From IMG/VR virus record IMGVR_UViG_3300045125_000107, positions 1 through 56,680 of that record: 56,680 nucleotides of DNA, one strand, 5' to 3'. A program made the position numbers and the translations under genes. The stretch comes from a virus (Duplodnaviria; Caudoviricetes). Positions 12,347 through 25,165 of this stretch are shown one piece after another. Under the pieces are notes generated by a model. It searched no databases, was not told the DNA's origin, and saw only the letters and a program-made list of their open reading frames with translations. How positions within the stretch are numbered: position 1 is the first letter of the stretch; each line of letters opens with the position of its first letter.

Positions 12347-12908
12347 TTCTTGCCCTTCCGAATACGCTTGACCGCCAAACCCCCGCGCCCGTAGCGCGCG
12401 CGCACGGCGAGGAAGTGAGGGCGTTCATCGGTGCTGCCTCTTGTACAGCTTGCGGGATATCTTGGGTCGTGCGAGCTTCACCCGCGCTTTGCACTGCGCC
12501 GGTCGCCGTCTCGTCTGCAATGCCGACACCCAGACGCCCCAAACGGCGCGACTGCAAGGCCGCAAGGGCTCGCGGGGCCACCCGCGCCGCGAAGCGCTCC
12601 ACGGGCGCGTCCATGACGCGCGCGATGCGACCGAGCGCGCCCACGGTGGCTCCTTGGCCGCCCGGCACGAAGGCGCCCACCACACCGGGGACCATCGCAC
12701 CAACCGTCTCTGCGCCCATAGCCATGTTGGGGTTCGCCTCGGCCCACGCACGGCGCTCCGCCTCAATGCGGTCCTTTGTGGCGCGGTACTGCGCCGGGTC
12801 GAACTGCGCGAGGGTGCGGAGCGCGGCCTCCCCTCGTCGCTGAAACCGAACGAGAGACCCTGACCCACTTGCCGGGCGAGGTTCGACCAATAAAGTGTTG
12901 TCGGCCAC
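12343..12908 (-). CDS. Putative internal virion protein
   Basis: ARQVGQGLSFGFSDEGEAALR (GLxFGFxDE motif of podovirus-like ejection proteins), ends GGLAVKRIRKGKK. Confidence 0.6.
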
Positions 12909-12912
12909 TCCC

Positions 12913-15786
12913 TCAACGCGTCCCAATCGGGTAGGCCAGACCCCCGCGAGCAAAGCCGGGGCCTCCTCGGACAGATCAACGACCTCGTCAGTGTCCACAT
13001 CGACCGCCATGCCGGTGGCGGGGTCGATGCGGAAGCGGCGCTTGCCGACCATCACGATCTTGGGCGCAGTCTGCTTTGGTTGCGCCGCCACGGGTGCGGG
13101 CGGGTGCGGCCTCGCCAACTTGCGGGGCCTCTTGTGCCTCTGGCATGACGAGTTGGGTCGTAGCGGGAGCCGCGACCCGGGGAGTAACGGTCCAACAGGT
13201 CCGCGACACGCCTTGAGGCCGCAGGGCGCCCAAAGAGCATGCCACTCAGCGCGCGCTGACCGCCGCGCGAGCCACCAGCGGCCGTCGCAAGCAGCGCGGC
13301 CAGCGGGACGCCAGCCCCAGTAACTGCATCAGCAACCGAAGCGCCATCTTCAGGGTTGTAACCAAATCCCGCGCCAGCAGCGCCCCCGAGGCCCACAGTG
13401 CCGAGGGTCGCAGGAGCCGCGCTGGCGGGCAGTACCGCTGTCGGGAAGCCTAGACGGGATGACAGTCTGCGCCAGCGCGCCGAGGTCGGACAGTGGAACC
13501 TGACCCGGAAACTTCCTCCCGCTCTGGTAAATCGCATCCTGAAGCATGCCGGGCGTGAAAATGTCCGTCCCGAGGCCTGTCGGGTCTTTGCGTGCGCGGT
13601 CGACCGCCTCGCCCAGAATACGCTCGCCACGGTACATGGTGTCCGCCTCGCGCAGCGCCGGAACGACATCCGGTGCCTGCCGCTCAACCGCGCTGCGCAA
13701 AGCATCCTGCGCGCCAGACAGAAGCCTCCCGGAAGTCTTGCTCATACCCGGTCCCCGAGCGCGGCTTGTAACTGGACAGCTTGCGCTGGGCTTGCTGGTA
13801 GGCCTCGCCCGACATGGTTCCCGTGGCACCCGCAGGGGTGCCCGCAAGGCTGTTCTGGATCGCGCGGTCGAACTTGGCCGCGAACTCATCTGTCAGCGTC
13901 GAGCGGACAGCCAGCGCGTTCTGCATAGCCGCCACAAAGGCCGGGTCGTTCAGATCGAATTGGCGGCCAGCCGTGGCCGCATCATACGCCCCCGCCGCAA
14001 CTGCTCCAGCGCAGCCTCGGCCGCGTTGCCCACGCCGACATCCTGCCCTGCCACGTCCCTGAACGCGGCGCGGTTGAAGTCTCGGACGCTTTCACCCCGA
14101 CGCGCGTTGATGATGTCCCCGATGATGGGTACGGACGTGGCGGCGTCTTCTACCGCCCGTGCGGGGCCGCCAAGCTGCTGTCCCACAGTGAGATCGGTAA
14201 CCCCGTAGCGGTCCATAAGCTGCTGGGCGGCTGTGTTCCTCGGAATACCACGCAGGCCGAAGTTTAGGGCGCGCCCGAGCCCGGACCCGATCAGGCTGCC
14301 CGTGAGGCCTGCCTCCGCACCCCTTCCGCGTCCCCCTCAACGGCTGCACCAGAGGCGGCGCCTTGGGTTACGTCAGCGGCCACGTTGCGAGGCGAGAGGT
14401 GCGCCCCGGCGGGCAGAGGTGACGGCACTGTAGGCACGGGGCGCGTACCGGCCCAGCAACTCTCGCGCCGCGCGAGCACCGAGGGCCTTGATGGCCGCGT
14501 TGCCGAGGATGCCGCCGCGCGATAGTCACCGGCAAGGGCCGCGCCCGGGTTAAGCTCTCCGGGCTTGCGCCAACTGCGGCACCACCGCGTCAAGAAGGTT
14601 GAGCCCCGCGCCAGACACACCCGTGGCCACCGCCGTCCCGACGGGGCTCATAACGGCGGTGCCAGCGATACGCTCGGCGGTGTTGCGCGTGTCCTTCCGC
14701 GTTACGGGCGGGATGGCGGTGTTAACCGGCCTCTTGGGGTCGTTGTACGCGTTCAGGAACTTGACCACATCGGGGTCTGCACGCCGTAGTCCCGCGTCCC
14801 GAAGCCGTACTTGGCGTCGAGCGCCTGACGGACAGCGGAGATACTCACGCAGACCGAGGGTGCCGCGCGGGTGCTGGGCCAGCCACTCCTGCATCTCGGC
14901 CTGCATCTCGGGCGGGATGGGGGTTGTCGTCTCGGTCGCCCCGAAAGCCGCCGCCTTCGGGGCGACCCGAGGTGGCTCGGCGCAGCGTTCATCGCGGACA
15001 GCTCTGGCGGCGTCACCGTGGTCTCAGACGGGGCATCACCCCGTACCTGCAGGTGCCAGCAAAGCAGGCGGGACATCCTTGAACGACCGACTTCTCTCGC
15101 GCCGATTTTGCTGCGCTCTGCCTCGGGGATAGCGAAGAATTGCCGCGCAGCTTGGTCGTCAGGCTCAACCCACGACGGGGCCGGCAGCCCCATTGCCCGT
15201 GCCTTCGCGTCGAGCCTGCGCCGAAGGTTGTACAGTTTCCCCAGAAACGTGGCGTCGAAGTCAGAGGTCGAGGGCTGGTTCGCCGCAACGAACCTTTCGG
15301 CGTCCTTGTCCGACTGCGCGCCTGCGCCGGGCACCTTGAAGAGCGCCAAGCCTACATCTGCCAGACCGGCCGAAGTAGCGTTGATGGCGCCCTTGGCCTG
15401 CGAAGGAAGTACTCCAGTGTGGAACTGACAAGCCCCTTCTTGGAGAGGTTTTCGTTAAAGCCCCGCGTCAGGATGTTGATTGTCTGGACGGCCGCCTCAA
15501 GGTCACCCGCGATCCGCGCCTGCTCTGCCGCCTCCTTGGTCGGAACTGCAGCCGCGCGCTCTGCGGCTTGGGTCTCAAGGCGGGCCTTGCGGACCTCTTC
15601 CCTGAGCTTTTTCTACCTCAAGAGGCGTGAGCGCAGTCGTCCGGGCGGCCGTCGCACCAGACGACGCCGCAGACGCACCCGTCTGCTCAATGTCCGCTAT
15701 GTCCTTGCGCTGTTTGATGTCAGCGCCGCTGCTGGGGGCTCCGATTGTCACCCCGGCGATGCCTGCGTAGGGTCTTTCTCAGCCAT
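12913..15786 (-). CDS. Large internal virion / DNA-transfer (ejection) protein
   Basis: Ala/Gly-rich, about 950 aa; FKVPGAGAQSDKDA, LTVGQQLGG..RAVEDAATSVPIIG, LPDSGTA.R motifs typical of ejection proteins. Confidence 0.65.
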
Positions 15787-16530
15787 CAGTTGATCACTCC
15801 CGTGCGCCCATCTTGGGTATAGAACGTCTTGCCCTTGTTGCGCGGGTCTTGTTTGGCAAGGAGCAACTGATCAGGTGTAAGGATGCCGAGGTTGTTTCCG
15901 GTGCCGGGCCTCTCCATGAACCTATCACCCACCACGTCAAACTTTGGCGCGTTCGCGTTGGCTATGCGGGCCAGCACCGGACCCTGCGCGGCCACGCCTC
16001 GCGCTGCGCGCCTGAACTCGGCCTGCTTGGCCGCATCTGTCTGGTTCAAGAGGGACTGCTCCAGTGCCGCGAGGGCCTCGGCGCGGGACGTCTGCGCCTC
16101 GCGGTTGGCCTTCTCGATGCCGGCCAAGTCGAGGTGACGTTGCTCATGACGCCGCCGAAGCTGGGGCGGATCATGCGGCTTGCCGATGGCGGCAGACAGG
16201 GCGAACAACTGCTCTGCCCGCGAAGGGCGGAAGCGCCTCTCGTTGAGGGCCTTGCGCATCGCCTCGTACTGCGCGGCGCGAGCGCTTTCCTGCTTCGCGT
16301 TCCAGTCAGCCTGCGCCTGTGACATGCCGGTACCGGCCGCCGACCACTGGTCGAGGTTCTTGTAAGGAGCGGCAGCGAGCTCCAGGACGCGCGCCTCCTC
16401 GATCTGGTCTTCGGAGTCCATGCTTGTCATTCCTTGCGGCTTCACGCCCACCGAACCGCCGCTGGAGAGGGGTCCAGTATACGTGGGGTCAGGTAGTCCA
16501 TCAACGAACATGTTGTTCTCGCTGCGCCAT
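15786..16530 (-). CDS. Putative internal virion protein
   Basis: Largely intact 241-aa helical ORF within the ejection-protein cluster. Confidence 0.6.
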
Positions 16531-16532
16531 TC

Positions 16533-17697
16533 TCAGCCTCCGGGATGGTCCCGAAGTTTTTGCGAATGTAGTCATCCCACTGGCGGCGGTGAAGTGGCCC
16601 CCTGCCATCGCTCTTACAGCCCTTTGAGAGCGGCAAATGGACCCGCCAGCCCGGCGAGGCCGCTGCCGGTATTGCTGCGCCGTGCTTGGTCGCTCAGGTC
16701 GCCGTCGGCACGACACCCTCCTCGCTCTGGCTCGTGGGCGCGCCGGGGAACACGCCCTTGAAGGTGTTCAGCGCCGCGTCGATCTGCTCCTGCGGGTAGC
16801 CCCTGCTGGCGCATCCAGGTCGGCCCGGGCGGCGTCGAGGTTCTGCCGGTTCTTGGCCATCTCGGCGTCCGCCCACGCCAGTGACGGCGTTGGGCCCCAG
16901 TGCGGCCAGCTGCTGCGCGAGTGTGGCCCAGGTCGCCTTGCGCGGTGCCGCTTTGCAAGGCGGTCGCGCATCTCGGGTGCTGGCGGCGTTGCCGACACTC
17001 GACCCGACACCCGCCAAGCGGCTGAGGCCTGGCGCCCCGCCAGCATTGACAGCGCGCCGCTGCAGCCTGAGTTGAGCGCCTCGTACTGCTTCCCGAGGAT
17101 GGCCGGCGTTGGTGTCACGGGATCGCCCGCGCCGTGTCTGTCAGCATGCCCGAGGGTGCTGCCGACAAACCGCCGCCGCCGCGCGCGGGCCGCCCAGCTG
17201 GCACCGCGCCGATGTGGCGGCCCTCGATGGCGGGCGCGATGTTTCGCTGGCGGTTGCGTGGCCGCCGAGCCGCCGCGATGCGGCTCACGACGTTCTCGGT
17301 GTACGGGCTCACGTATGCGCGCGATGTCAGCCACCGAGGTGCCTGCGGCCTTCAGCAGAAGCCAGGGAGTGGCGGCGGTCAGCGCGCCGGGCGCTGCGGC
17401 GGCCGTCGTTGACGGTGCCCGTCTGGCGGCGGAGAGGCCCGGCTGGTAGGCCGTGGCGGCCTCTTTGGTCATGTTCTTGGCCGGCATGATGGCCGGTAGG
17501 CGTGAAGCCCGCGACGGCGGGCGATGCAGGCGCGGGCTCGGTAGGGCCGGTTCGGTAGCGCAGTCTGGTTTGCCAGAAGCCGCATGGCCAGGAGTTGGTG
17601 TACCAATCGGGCAGCACCGTCTCGCTGGTGGGATCGAGCTTGACCGCCCGAGCCTGCGGGGACGTTGCCGGTCACCGCTGAAATCCGAAGAGAGCCG
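16533..17697 (-). CDS. Putative DNA pilot / internal virion protein
   Basis: LPDWYTN...VAGFTP.Q...MSPYTENVVSRIA; Gln/Ala/Gly-rich with a hydrophobic GLAGLAG C-terminus. Confidence 0.6.
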
Positions 17698-19059
17698 TTG
17701 GGCGCGACCTCCAGCCAGATATGCTTCCGGCGCGCACGGTCTTTCACTAGAACTTTGCCCTGCGCCCAAGTTGCGGCCCTTCTGCTTTACGCAGGTTCAC
17801 GCGAAAAACTGATCCGAGCTTCTTGGCCCCCGCCGCTGACGGCCCATCCCCGAGGAGGGCCACCGTCTCTGCGTCCATGACGTACTCGCCGTCCGAGAGA
17901 CGCGCGCGAGATGCTGTCGCTGCGGGCCAGGGTGCCCGGCCTCCCGACGGCGGAAGTCTCGCGCCGCGCGCACATCCCGGGCGTCTTGCCTGGTGGGGGT
18001 GTGTAGCCCGGGGCCGAGGTGTTGAAGAAGCTCTGCTCTGGGCGGAACCCACGTGCTCGTACCAGTTCTGCTCCGGCACGGGGCGCGCGGTCATGCTCGA
18101 CACACCGCCGGGCGGCGAGGCCGTCGGCAACTTGGCCGAGAAGATCACGGTGGCGCGTGCCGTGCGAATACCGAGTTCCGCCGCCGCCGGAGCCGCCGCC
18201 GATACCGCCAAGAATACCACCAAGCAATTGGGCGGCCGTGTAATAGCCCCGGGACCAGCGCCGGCAGCGCCAAGGGCCGAGACGCCACCGCAGGCGGTCC
18301 ACGCCGGTAGCTGGCAGCGCCAGCAGCGCCAAGGGCCGAGGAACACCACCGAGCCCCGGTGACCAGCGGGTTGCCGGCAGCCGGGACGGTCGCGATAGGG
18401 AATAGCCTGAAGAGTGGCCAGCGCGGAGGCGGGTGTTACGGCGCTGAGGCCTGCCAGCTGCCCATGCCGCTCCCTGCGCCACCACGCGCCACCCCGGCAC
18501 CGGCAGCGCCCAGCAACGCGTTGCCGCCAAAAGCACGCCAGCGCAGTGCCCGCTTTATGGGCGCGAGCATCGGCAGGATCACATGTCGGTGAAACGATTG
18601 CTGGGCACATCGCCCGCGATGGGCACACCCCACTCCCCGTTGACCTGCATCGCCGGGCCGAGCGCGGCCGGGGCGCGGGTGTGCATGTCGTCTGGCATCA
18701 AGCCGCCGGGCGTCGGACCGCCCATCTGCTGCAACTGCCAATTCGCCTTGTTGCCTCTGCGGCACGAGGGTGTCATTGAATGGTGGTGCGAGCAAGCCGC
18801 CCGGTCTCCTCCGGCGTGCTGCCGGAGCCGAGGAGGACTTTGTTGGTGGCTTTGTCGTTCAGGACGTACCGCTTCCAGTGCCCGGCAGGCGGCGCGTCGT
18901 TGTGCTTCAGGCCCGTAGCTGCCGCTCCGAGACCCTCCCGCAACCAGTTGGGCGCGTTGTACTCCGATGTCGGGAGGCTGGCGCTGTCGATTATTCATGC
19001 GACCGCTGCGACGGGTCTCGCCCGTTCAAGGCGGCCGTTTGAAGGGGCGACAGTGCCAT
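17698..19059 (-). CDS. Gly-rich internal virion protein
   Basis: Gly/Ala-rich middle; conserved C-terminal G.GTGRSDSI.ARLSDGEYVMDAETVALLGDG.SAAGAKKL. Confidence 0.65.
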
Positions 19060-19061
19060 CC

Positions 19062-19305
19062 GGCCTTGTCGCTCCAAGCGTCTGGATGCGCGCGCGCGGC
19101 CCACTCTCGCCAATCGGTGAACTGATAGGGGGTCCGGTGGGTTGCGCTCGCGCGCAGGCGGCTGCGCGCGTACAAAACCTGCCGCCCACTGCACGCGCGG
19201 TCGTTTTCATCGACAAGGCGGCCAGGAGGACCAAGCGTCACCGTTGGACGGTAAATAACCGCATCCGCCCATTGCCAGCAATGTCATGCCGCGCGGGTCG
19301 ATCAT
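19062..19305 (-). CDS. Small conserved virion-region protein
   Basis: DPRGMTLLQWADA...PYQFTDWREWA. Confidence 0.55.
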
Positions 19306-20966
19306 CCGATTACGGTCCCGTCGCTGGGCTGCACATGTGCGAGGATCAGACCCATCTCGTAGTTGCCGCGCGCGACCGTGTTGCTGGTGAAGCGGAAGCG
19401 GTGCTGGCGACGCTCCTCGCTGAAAGCCGACGATCTGCTCCCTGCGGCGTCTGTGGCGTTTCCGACGCGTCGTCTTGGCCTCTCGCGGTCACTCTCAGGC
19501 GCAGCGCATGCTGGCGCGGCCCAGCGGCCTGCACCGTCAGCATGTCCCCGCTCTGCACGAAATCGGGCTCCATGATGAGCGCCTGCAGAGCCCGGTTGTT
19601 CCATTCAGCTCTCGGCAGGCGGCCCAGGTCTGCCGTCTCAGCCATGGGAGAGGATCGGGTTGATGTAGAGGGCCATCCACCTCATCGCGTGCACCACCTC
19701 GTTGGACCCACATGCGGTACTGCCGTGGCTGCCGCTCTCTTCACGTGATCGCGGGTCTCGGCCGCTCTCGGCGACGCGATGTCTCCGCCCTCTGGCGATG
19801 CCGCGTTGTCTCTCGGCAGGAAGGGGCCAGCACGCCACGACATGGGCGGCTTGCGGAAGACTGCCGGAAACAGGCCCGCGCCGCGCGCCCACCGTGGGCA
19901 GCTCGGTGTCGTACCAGATGTTCTCCCGGACGTTGTAGATCACGGCGTGGTTCGGCTCCGTGCTGTCTCCCGTGGGAAGCACCACCAGATTTCGCCCGAA
20001 ACGCGGCACCTTCATCGCGGAGCACCTTCTGGCGCTGCGAGTAGTTCAGGTTGTCGAAGAAGAAGTTCAGGTTGAGGTTGTTCTCAATCTCGCGCACGAC
20101 GCCGTTGAACGATCAGGAAGCGGTCGGTGCCGACCCAGTAGAAGACGCCATCGTACTCGATGACGGACTGCGCCGAGCAGGATCGACGACTGCGCGCGAG
20201 ATGGTGTCGAACTGGAAGCGACGGGAGGGCCGCCTACATACGTCATGCGGATGCAGGCTGTCCGCCGACCAGAGCAGGCCCGACGGGCTGTTGCTCGGAG
20301 CCGCCGCGCAGCGGCATGCCGCGCACGATCTTCTGCCCGGTAAGCGTACGCGTTGCCGGCGCCCGCGCCGGTAGTAGTCGGTCGGGCTGACCCGGCACGA
20401 CCACATGACGAAGCCATCGTTGCCGAAGGCCACGTATGCGGATGGCAGCGCACGACAACGCCCCCGGTGGCGCTGTACGTCGCGCGGGAGGTTGGTGATC
20501 TCGGTCAGCAGGCGCGGTGCCGAACTCGTCGCCGTAGAAGAGCTGGCCGCCGTTGCTGTTGCAGATGCAGTTGAGGTTCGGCGCCACCTGCGCGATGAGC
20601 TGCAGGCCGGTGCCCGCCGCTGTGTCCAGCGTCGAACTGCCACAGGTTGGCGTCGCTTGCCGCACAGCGTGGCGGGCGTGCGGTCGCTGATGACGCTCGT
20701 GTTCAGCGAGCCGTCGATGTAGAGCGCTCAAGCGTGCTTGCCGACCCGGCGTGGATGTAGGTGATCAGGTCGAGGGTGTATGCGTGCAGCGCACGCGCCA
20801 CCCCGAGCAGGTACTTGTTGACCGAGCGGTAGCCGCCGATCTTGCGCGGCAGGCCCGCGCTGGAAGCGCACCCACTGCCCGTCCACGTAGTTGCGCGCCC
20901 TCAAGGCGAGTGCCGTCTCGCTTGATGCCGGAGGAGCGAGCGTATCTGGATGACGTTCTCAGGCAT
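19302..20966 (-). CDS. Tail nozzle / tail tubular B-like (P22 gp10-like) protein
   Basis: GIKRDGT.LEG..YVDGQWVRFQRGLPRKIGGY; YNVRENIWYDTELP; C-terminal RFRFTSNT..GNYEMG; about 550 aa, beta-rich. Confidence 0.65.
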
Positions 20967-20975
20967 CGGGGCCCC

Positions 20976-21575
20976 TTATGCGTATTGAACACGCACTGGC
21001 CAGCAGCGCCGTTGCCGCCAGCACCTGATATAGTATCACCCGCGCCGCCGCCACCGGGCGCGGTCACCGCCCCTGCAGAAGCAGTACCCCCGCACCGCCG
21101 CCCGGTTGGCCACCAGCACCGCCGCCGCTGCCACCCGCAACCGAAGTACCTGCCGTACCAGAAGTGTTAACGTCACCCCCAGACCCAGTGCCGCCGCTAC
21201 CTCCAGACCACCCGAAAAGCCATTCAGCCCCGGCGCACCTCCACCTGCGTTCAGTGAGAAGACGGTTCCGAAGGTACCTGAGACGAAGTACTGGCGTTGC
21301 CCCCGCTTCCGCCAATGACACTCGCCCGACCGCGTAGTTGAAAGTTTGGCCTGCGTTACCCGAGGTAAGAGCAAACGTCTTGTGACGTACGCACCGCCGC
21401 CACCGCCGCCACCGCCACCGCCTGTAAGCACTGCCGCCGCCACCGCCGCCCCAGATTTCGGATGACGACTGGGTTGCGCCAGATGGGATGATGTCCGTAC
21501 CACTGCCTGTCGTATAGGTGTTGGTGACCGGGCTGCAGCCCCGCCGCCAGCAGGGCCATCTGGATACCACATCAT
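20976..21575 (-). CDS. Glycine-rich tail-fibre-associated protein
   Basis: YTTGSGTDIIPSGAT..IEIWGGGGGG...GGGGGGAY; ends GAGGNGAAGQCVF. Confidence 0.65.
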
Positions 21576-23581
21576 TAGACAGCCCCGAGCCCGACACGAA
21601 CCACGCATCCGTGGCGACTTTGAGCCACGTCGCCATGCCGCGAACGGCCAGCGCCGCCCGAGGCCCACGCCGTGGAGGTGCCCGCCTTGTACACGGTCGT
21701 GCCCGTGGTCGTGAGCTGATAGCCGTCGTGCCGTTGTTGACCACCGAGATGGCGGTTCCGACAGGGATCGCGGTCGTGGCATTGGTGGGGACCGTGATGG
21801 CCTGCGCGCCCGTGTTGGCCGAGTAGATGTGCTTGCCCGCATCAGACAGGGCGAACGAGTAGGCGCCGTTCTGAGCGTTCTGGTGGGAGACCGCGATAGC
21901 CAATGGTGTTGGCCGCAATCGTGCCGGTGGCCGTGACGGTGACGTCTTGGTTGAGGGCCGTGATGTCAGTGTTGGCACCCGAGGCCGCCGCGCCGAGGTT
22001 GGTGCGCGCGGTGGTCGCCGTGGTCGCGCCCGTGCCGCCGTTGGCGACGGAAAGCGCGCCCGACAGGTCGCTGGCCGGGATCGTGGCCGAGGCCGTCATG
22101 GCCGACGTGCCCGCGCCCTTGACGTACCCGGTGAGGTCGCCGCGCCAGTGCCACCATTGGCGACCGGGAGCGTGCCAGTCACATGCGTCGTCAGGCCGAC
22201 CTTACCCACGCGGGCGCCACGCCGACGCCGCCGGAGAGGAGCGCGCTGCCTGTGGCCACGTCGGCCAGCTTCGACAGGGCGGTGGTGCTGGAGGCGTACA
22301 GGAGGTCGCCCACTGCGTACGACGACTGGCCGGTGCCGCCCTGCGGCGCGCTCAGGGCCGTCGTGAGGCCCGTGAGCGAGGTGATGTCGCCGTTGGTGCC
22401 CGAGGCCGCCGCGCCAATGGTGGAGCGCACAGAGGCGCCCGTGGTGGCCGTGACGATGGCGTCGGCGAAGGTCGTGATGCCGAGGTTCAGGCGCGCGCCC
22501 GAGGCCGTGGTCGAGCCGGTGCCGCCCTGCAGGATCGTGACCGGCGTGGACAGCGAAGTCGTGGTCCGAGGCGAGGATGACGTTCGACCCGTCGCAGTAG
22601 TAGATGCCCTTGGCGCCCTGCTGCACCAGCGTCGGCGCGCCGCCGAGACGCGCACGTAGAAGTTGAACGATCCCGTCGTGGCGTTGGTGATCCAGTACTG
22701 CTGCACCGTGGACGGGATGATGATGTACACGTCGCTCGTGAGCGTGCCGACGAACTTGTAGGCGATGCGGTTAAGCTCCGGAGCCGCTCAGCGTGTAGTT
22801 ACCGCCCGTGACGCTGATCGACGTGTAGTCGAAGGCAAAGACCGCGCTCTGGCCAAAGCCCACCGTGGTGCCACTTGATCCCGTCCGTGATGATGGTGGC
22901 GCTATCGCCGGGCTGGAAGGTCAGGGTCGCCGCGCCGTTGATGACTTCGGTGCCCGACGGGTCCACGATCAGGTCGCCGCCGCCCGCGTTGCGCACGAGG
23001 ATGAAGAAGTTGTTGCCCGCAGACGCGGCCGTGGGCAGGTTGAGGTGCCCGCGCCCCGTTCCCGTCCACACAAACGCGCCCGCCCGGTTGGACGTGGCGA
23101 TGGTGAGGCCCGTGGTCGAGAACGACGTGACCGGCGTGGCCTGCGACAGCGTGGAGCCGGTCACCGTGAGGCCGAAGCCCGCCAGCGCCGAGGGCTGCAC
23201 CGTGGCCGTGGAGGCGCCGTAGCGAAACTACGCGCCAGCGACCGCCGCCGTGGTCGTCACGGCGAGGTAGAGCTGCCACTGCTCACCGAAGCCGACGGTC
23301 GCGAGCGTGTTGCCCGCGAAGTCCTTCACGAAGAAGCTGTATGCGCCGCTCAGGTTGTTGAAGAGGATCGTCTGGCCCGCGCCGGTCTGCGTCGCGTCGG
23401 GCATGATGACACTGCAGCCCGCCGCCGTGGGCGTCACGTCGATGATGCGCGCGGCGGGTCTTCCGTGCCGGAGCTTTCGAGTGGCCACTCCAGCGGATTG
23501 TCGGCGCTCAGCGGCAGCGCCAGATACGACACGTCGGACGGGTAGATCGGTGTTGCCGCCGAAAACTGAGGTGTAGGTCAT
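21575..23581 (-). CDS. Tail fibre protein
   Basis: MTYTSVFGGN; repeated L.V.NGGTGAT / QGGTG units; Thr/Ala/Gly-rich; C-terminal ITVPTNATTAIPVGTAISVVN...KVATDAWFVSGSGLS. Confidence 0.75.
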
Positions 23582-23584
23582 ATC

Positions 23585-24242
23585 TTACGCTTCCTTGCGG
23601 GTGGCCGAGCGGTCGAGGATTTTCGCCAAGTCCTCTCCGTTGAGCATCGCTGCGGCGCGGTCGTAGTAGCCCTGCCAGCGTAGCGATGCGCTCGTCGTTC
23701 TTGAGGAACGGCGTTGCCTCCAGCAGGGTGCCGTAGAGGAGGAGCTGCGGCGCGTACTCCGTCAGCCAGTTGGTTTGCACGGTGTCGTCCAGAAGCTGCG
23801 GCAGCTCGTAGTACAGCACCTCAAACGGGTAGGCCTGATCGGGCGTCGGCGCGATCAGCCAGTGCGTGTAGTCGTAGTCGGCGTAGAAGAGCGGGCGTCG
23901 CCGTGGCGCCTCGTTCGGCCAGTACGAGCGCAGGTACTCATACGCGCGGGTGAAGAGGAACGTGCGGTTGGCGTTGTTGGCGCCCGGTGCCGACGTTGAT
24001 TGACACCGTGTCGCGCCAGCGGTCGGCTTGGCGTAGACCGACTGGCCGGGGACCATTGTGTCCGTCACCGCGACGATGAAGCCCTGCACCTTGAGCTCGC
24101 GCGCGATGCGCGCGCTCGGCGAGGTTAATCAGGCGCGGTATCTGCGCGAACACAATGGCGTCGAGGCCAGAGTGACGCGCCGCGCTCGCGGTAGCGCCTG
24201 CACGTCCTGCTGGAGGGTGTCGAAGGTCATCGTGGTTGCCAT
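23585..24242 (-). CDS. Head-tail adaptor / tail tubular A-like protein
   Basis: MTFDTLQQDV..YLER...IPRLINLAERRIAREL...APTPDQAYPFEVLYY...TNWLTEYAPQLLLYGTLLEATPFLKNDER. Confidence 0.75.
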
Positions 24243-24262
24243 GGCACCCTGCCTATATCACA

Positions 24263-24470
24263 TTACGCGCCGAAGCGCATCACGCCGCGTCGGACGGCCG
24301 CGTGGCTTGCCGCCATCAGGCCGCTGCCCGCAATGAGCGTCACGGCCTGCCCGATCTGGTCGATCTGCACGCCCGCCTTCTGTGCGCCCACCATGCCCGC
24401 GATAAGCGCGAGGCCGGTAGGTTGAGCGCTCGCGGGCGCGCTGGCCAAGCCACTTCAGAACCTTGCTCAT
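24263..24470 (-). CDS. Putative holin
   Basis: Short protein with two hydrophobic segments (RARERSTY.GLALIAGMVG...AVTLIAGSGLMA) directly after the endolysin. Confidence 0.6.
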
Positions 24471-24472
24471 GT

Positions 24473-24898
24473 TCAGTCTCCTGTTTCCAGCCAGCCAGCT
24501 ATCGACATCGAAGCTGGGGCAGGCCTCTTTACGCCCGGCCAGTCGCGGTGGCCGCGAATAAGCGAGGCTGGGGTAACGCTCTTTGTAGGTGCGGATCAGC
24601 GTCAGCATCGCCTTCTTCTGGGCGGGCGTGCGCGTGTCCTTGGGGTTCAGGTTCTTGTCCACGCCGCCGACGTAGCAGATGCCGATGTTGCCGGTGTTGG
24701 CGCCGCCGACGTGCGCGCCCTTCTGATCGTCGCGCAGCGTGCGGTGGGCGGAGCCGTCGAAGCCGATGACCCAGTGGTAGCTGGTCTGACCGAACTTGGC
24801 CTGATCCCACTGCGTGATCTGTTCGTGCGAGACGTGCCGACCCTCCGGGGTCGCGGCGCAGTGGACCGTGAGAAAACGTACGGGGCGAGCGCGGGCAT
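24473..24898 (-). CDS. Endolysin, N-acetylmuramoyl-L-alanine amidase (T7 lysozyme-like)
   Basis: FLTVHCAATPEG, SYHWVI, GAHVGGANTGNIGICYVGG, RGHRD, ACPSFDV (Zn ligands H/H/C). Confidence 0.9.
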
Positions 24899-25154
24899 CA
24901 GCTCTTGTCCTCTTTCTTGTCGAGTTTGGAGAAGATCGTGTTGAGCGTGTTGTCGATCTTGTTGAGACCGGCCCGCATCTCCTCCTTCATGTCGCTCATG
25001 GCGGACTTCCAGTCCTCCTTCGACACGTAGTTCTTGGGCATGGACCGCACATCCGCATCCAGCCGCTCGATGGCCTTGGACAGGTTGTTCAAGACCCAGC
25101 CCCGAGGAAGCCCACCAATCCGACAAGGAGGTTAAACAGTACTTGGTAGTCCAC
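24898..25154 (-). CDS. Small membrane-anchored coiled-coil protein (lysis region)
   Basis: N-terminal TM LFNLLVGLVGFLGGWVL followed by YVSKEDW...IFSKLDKKEDK. Confidence 0.6.
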
Positions 25155-25165
25155 GGCGTCCTCAT

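Noticed and set aside
21390-21450. CCG/CCA tandem repeats
   Set aside because: These simply encode poly-Gly in the glycine-rich tail protein.
21900-22560. Repeated GGTG-type units in the tail fibre as DGR template/variable repeats
   Set aside because: They are ordinary fibre repeats; no reverse transcriptase or adenine-specific TR/VR pair was seen.
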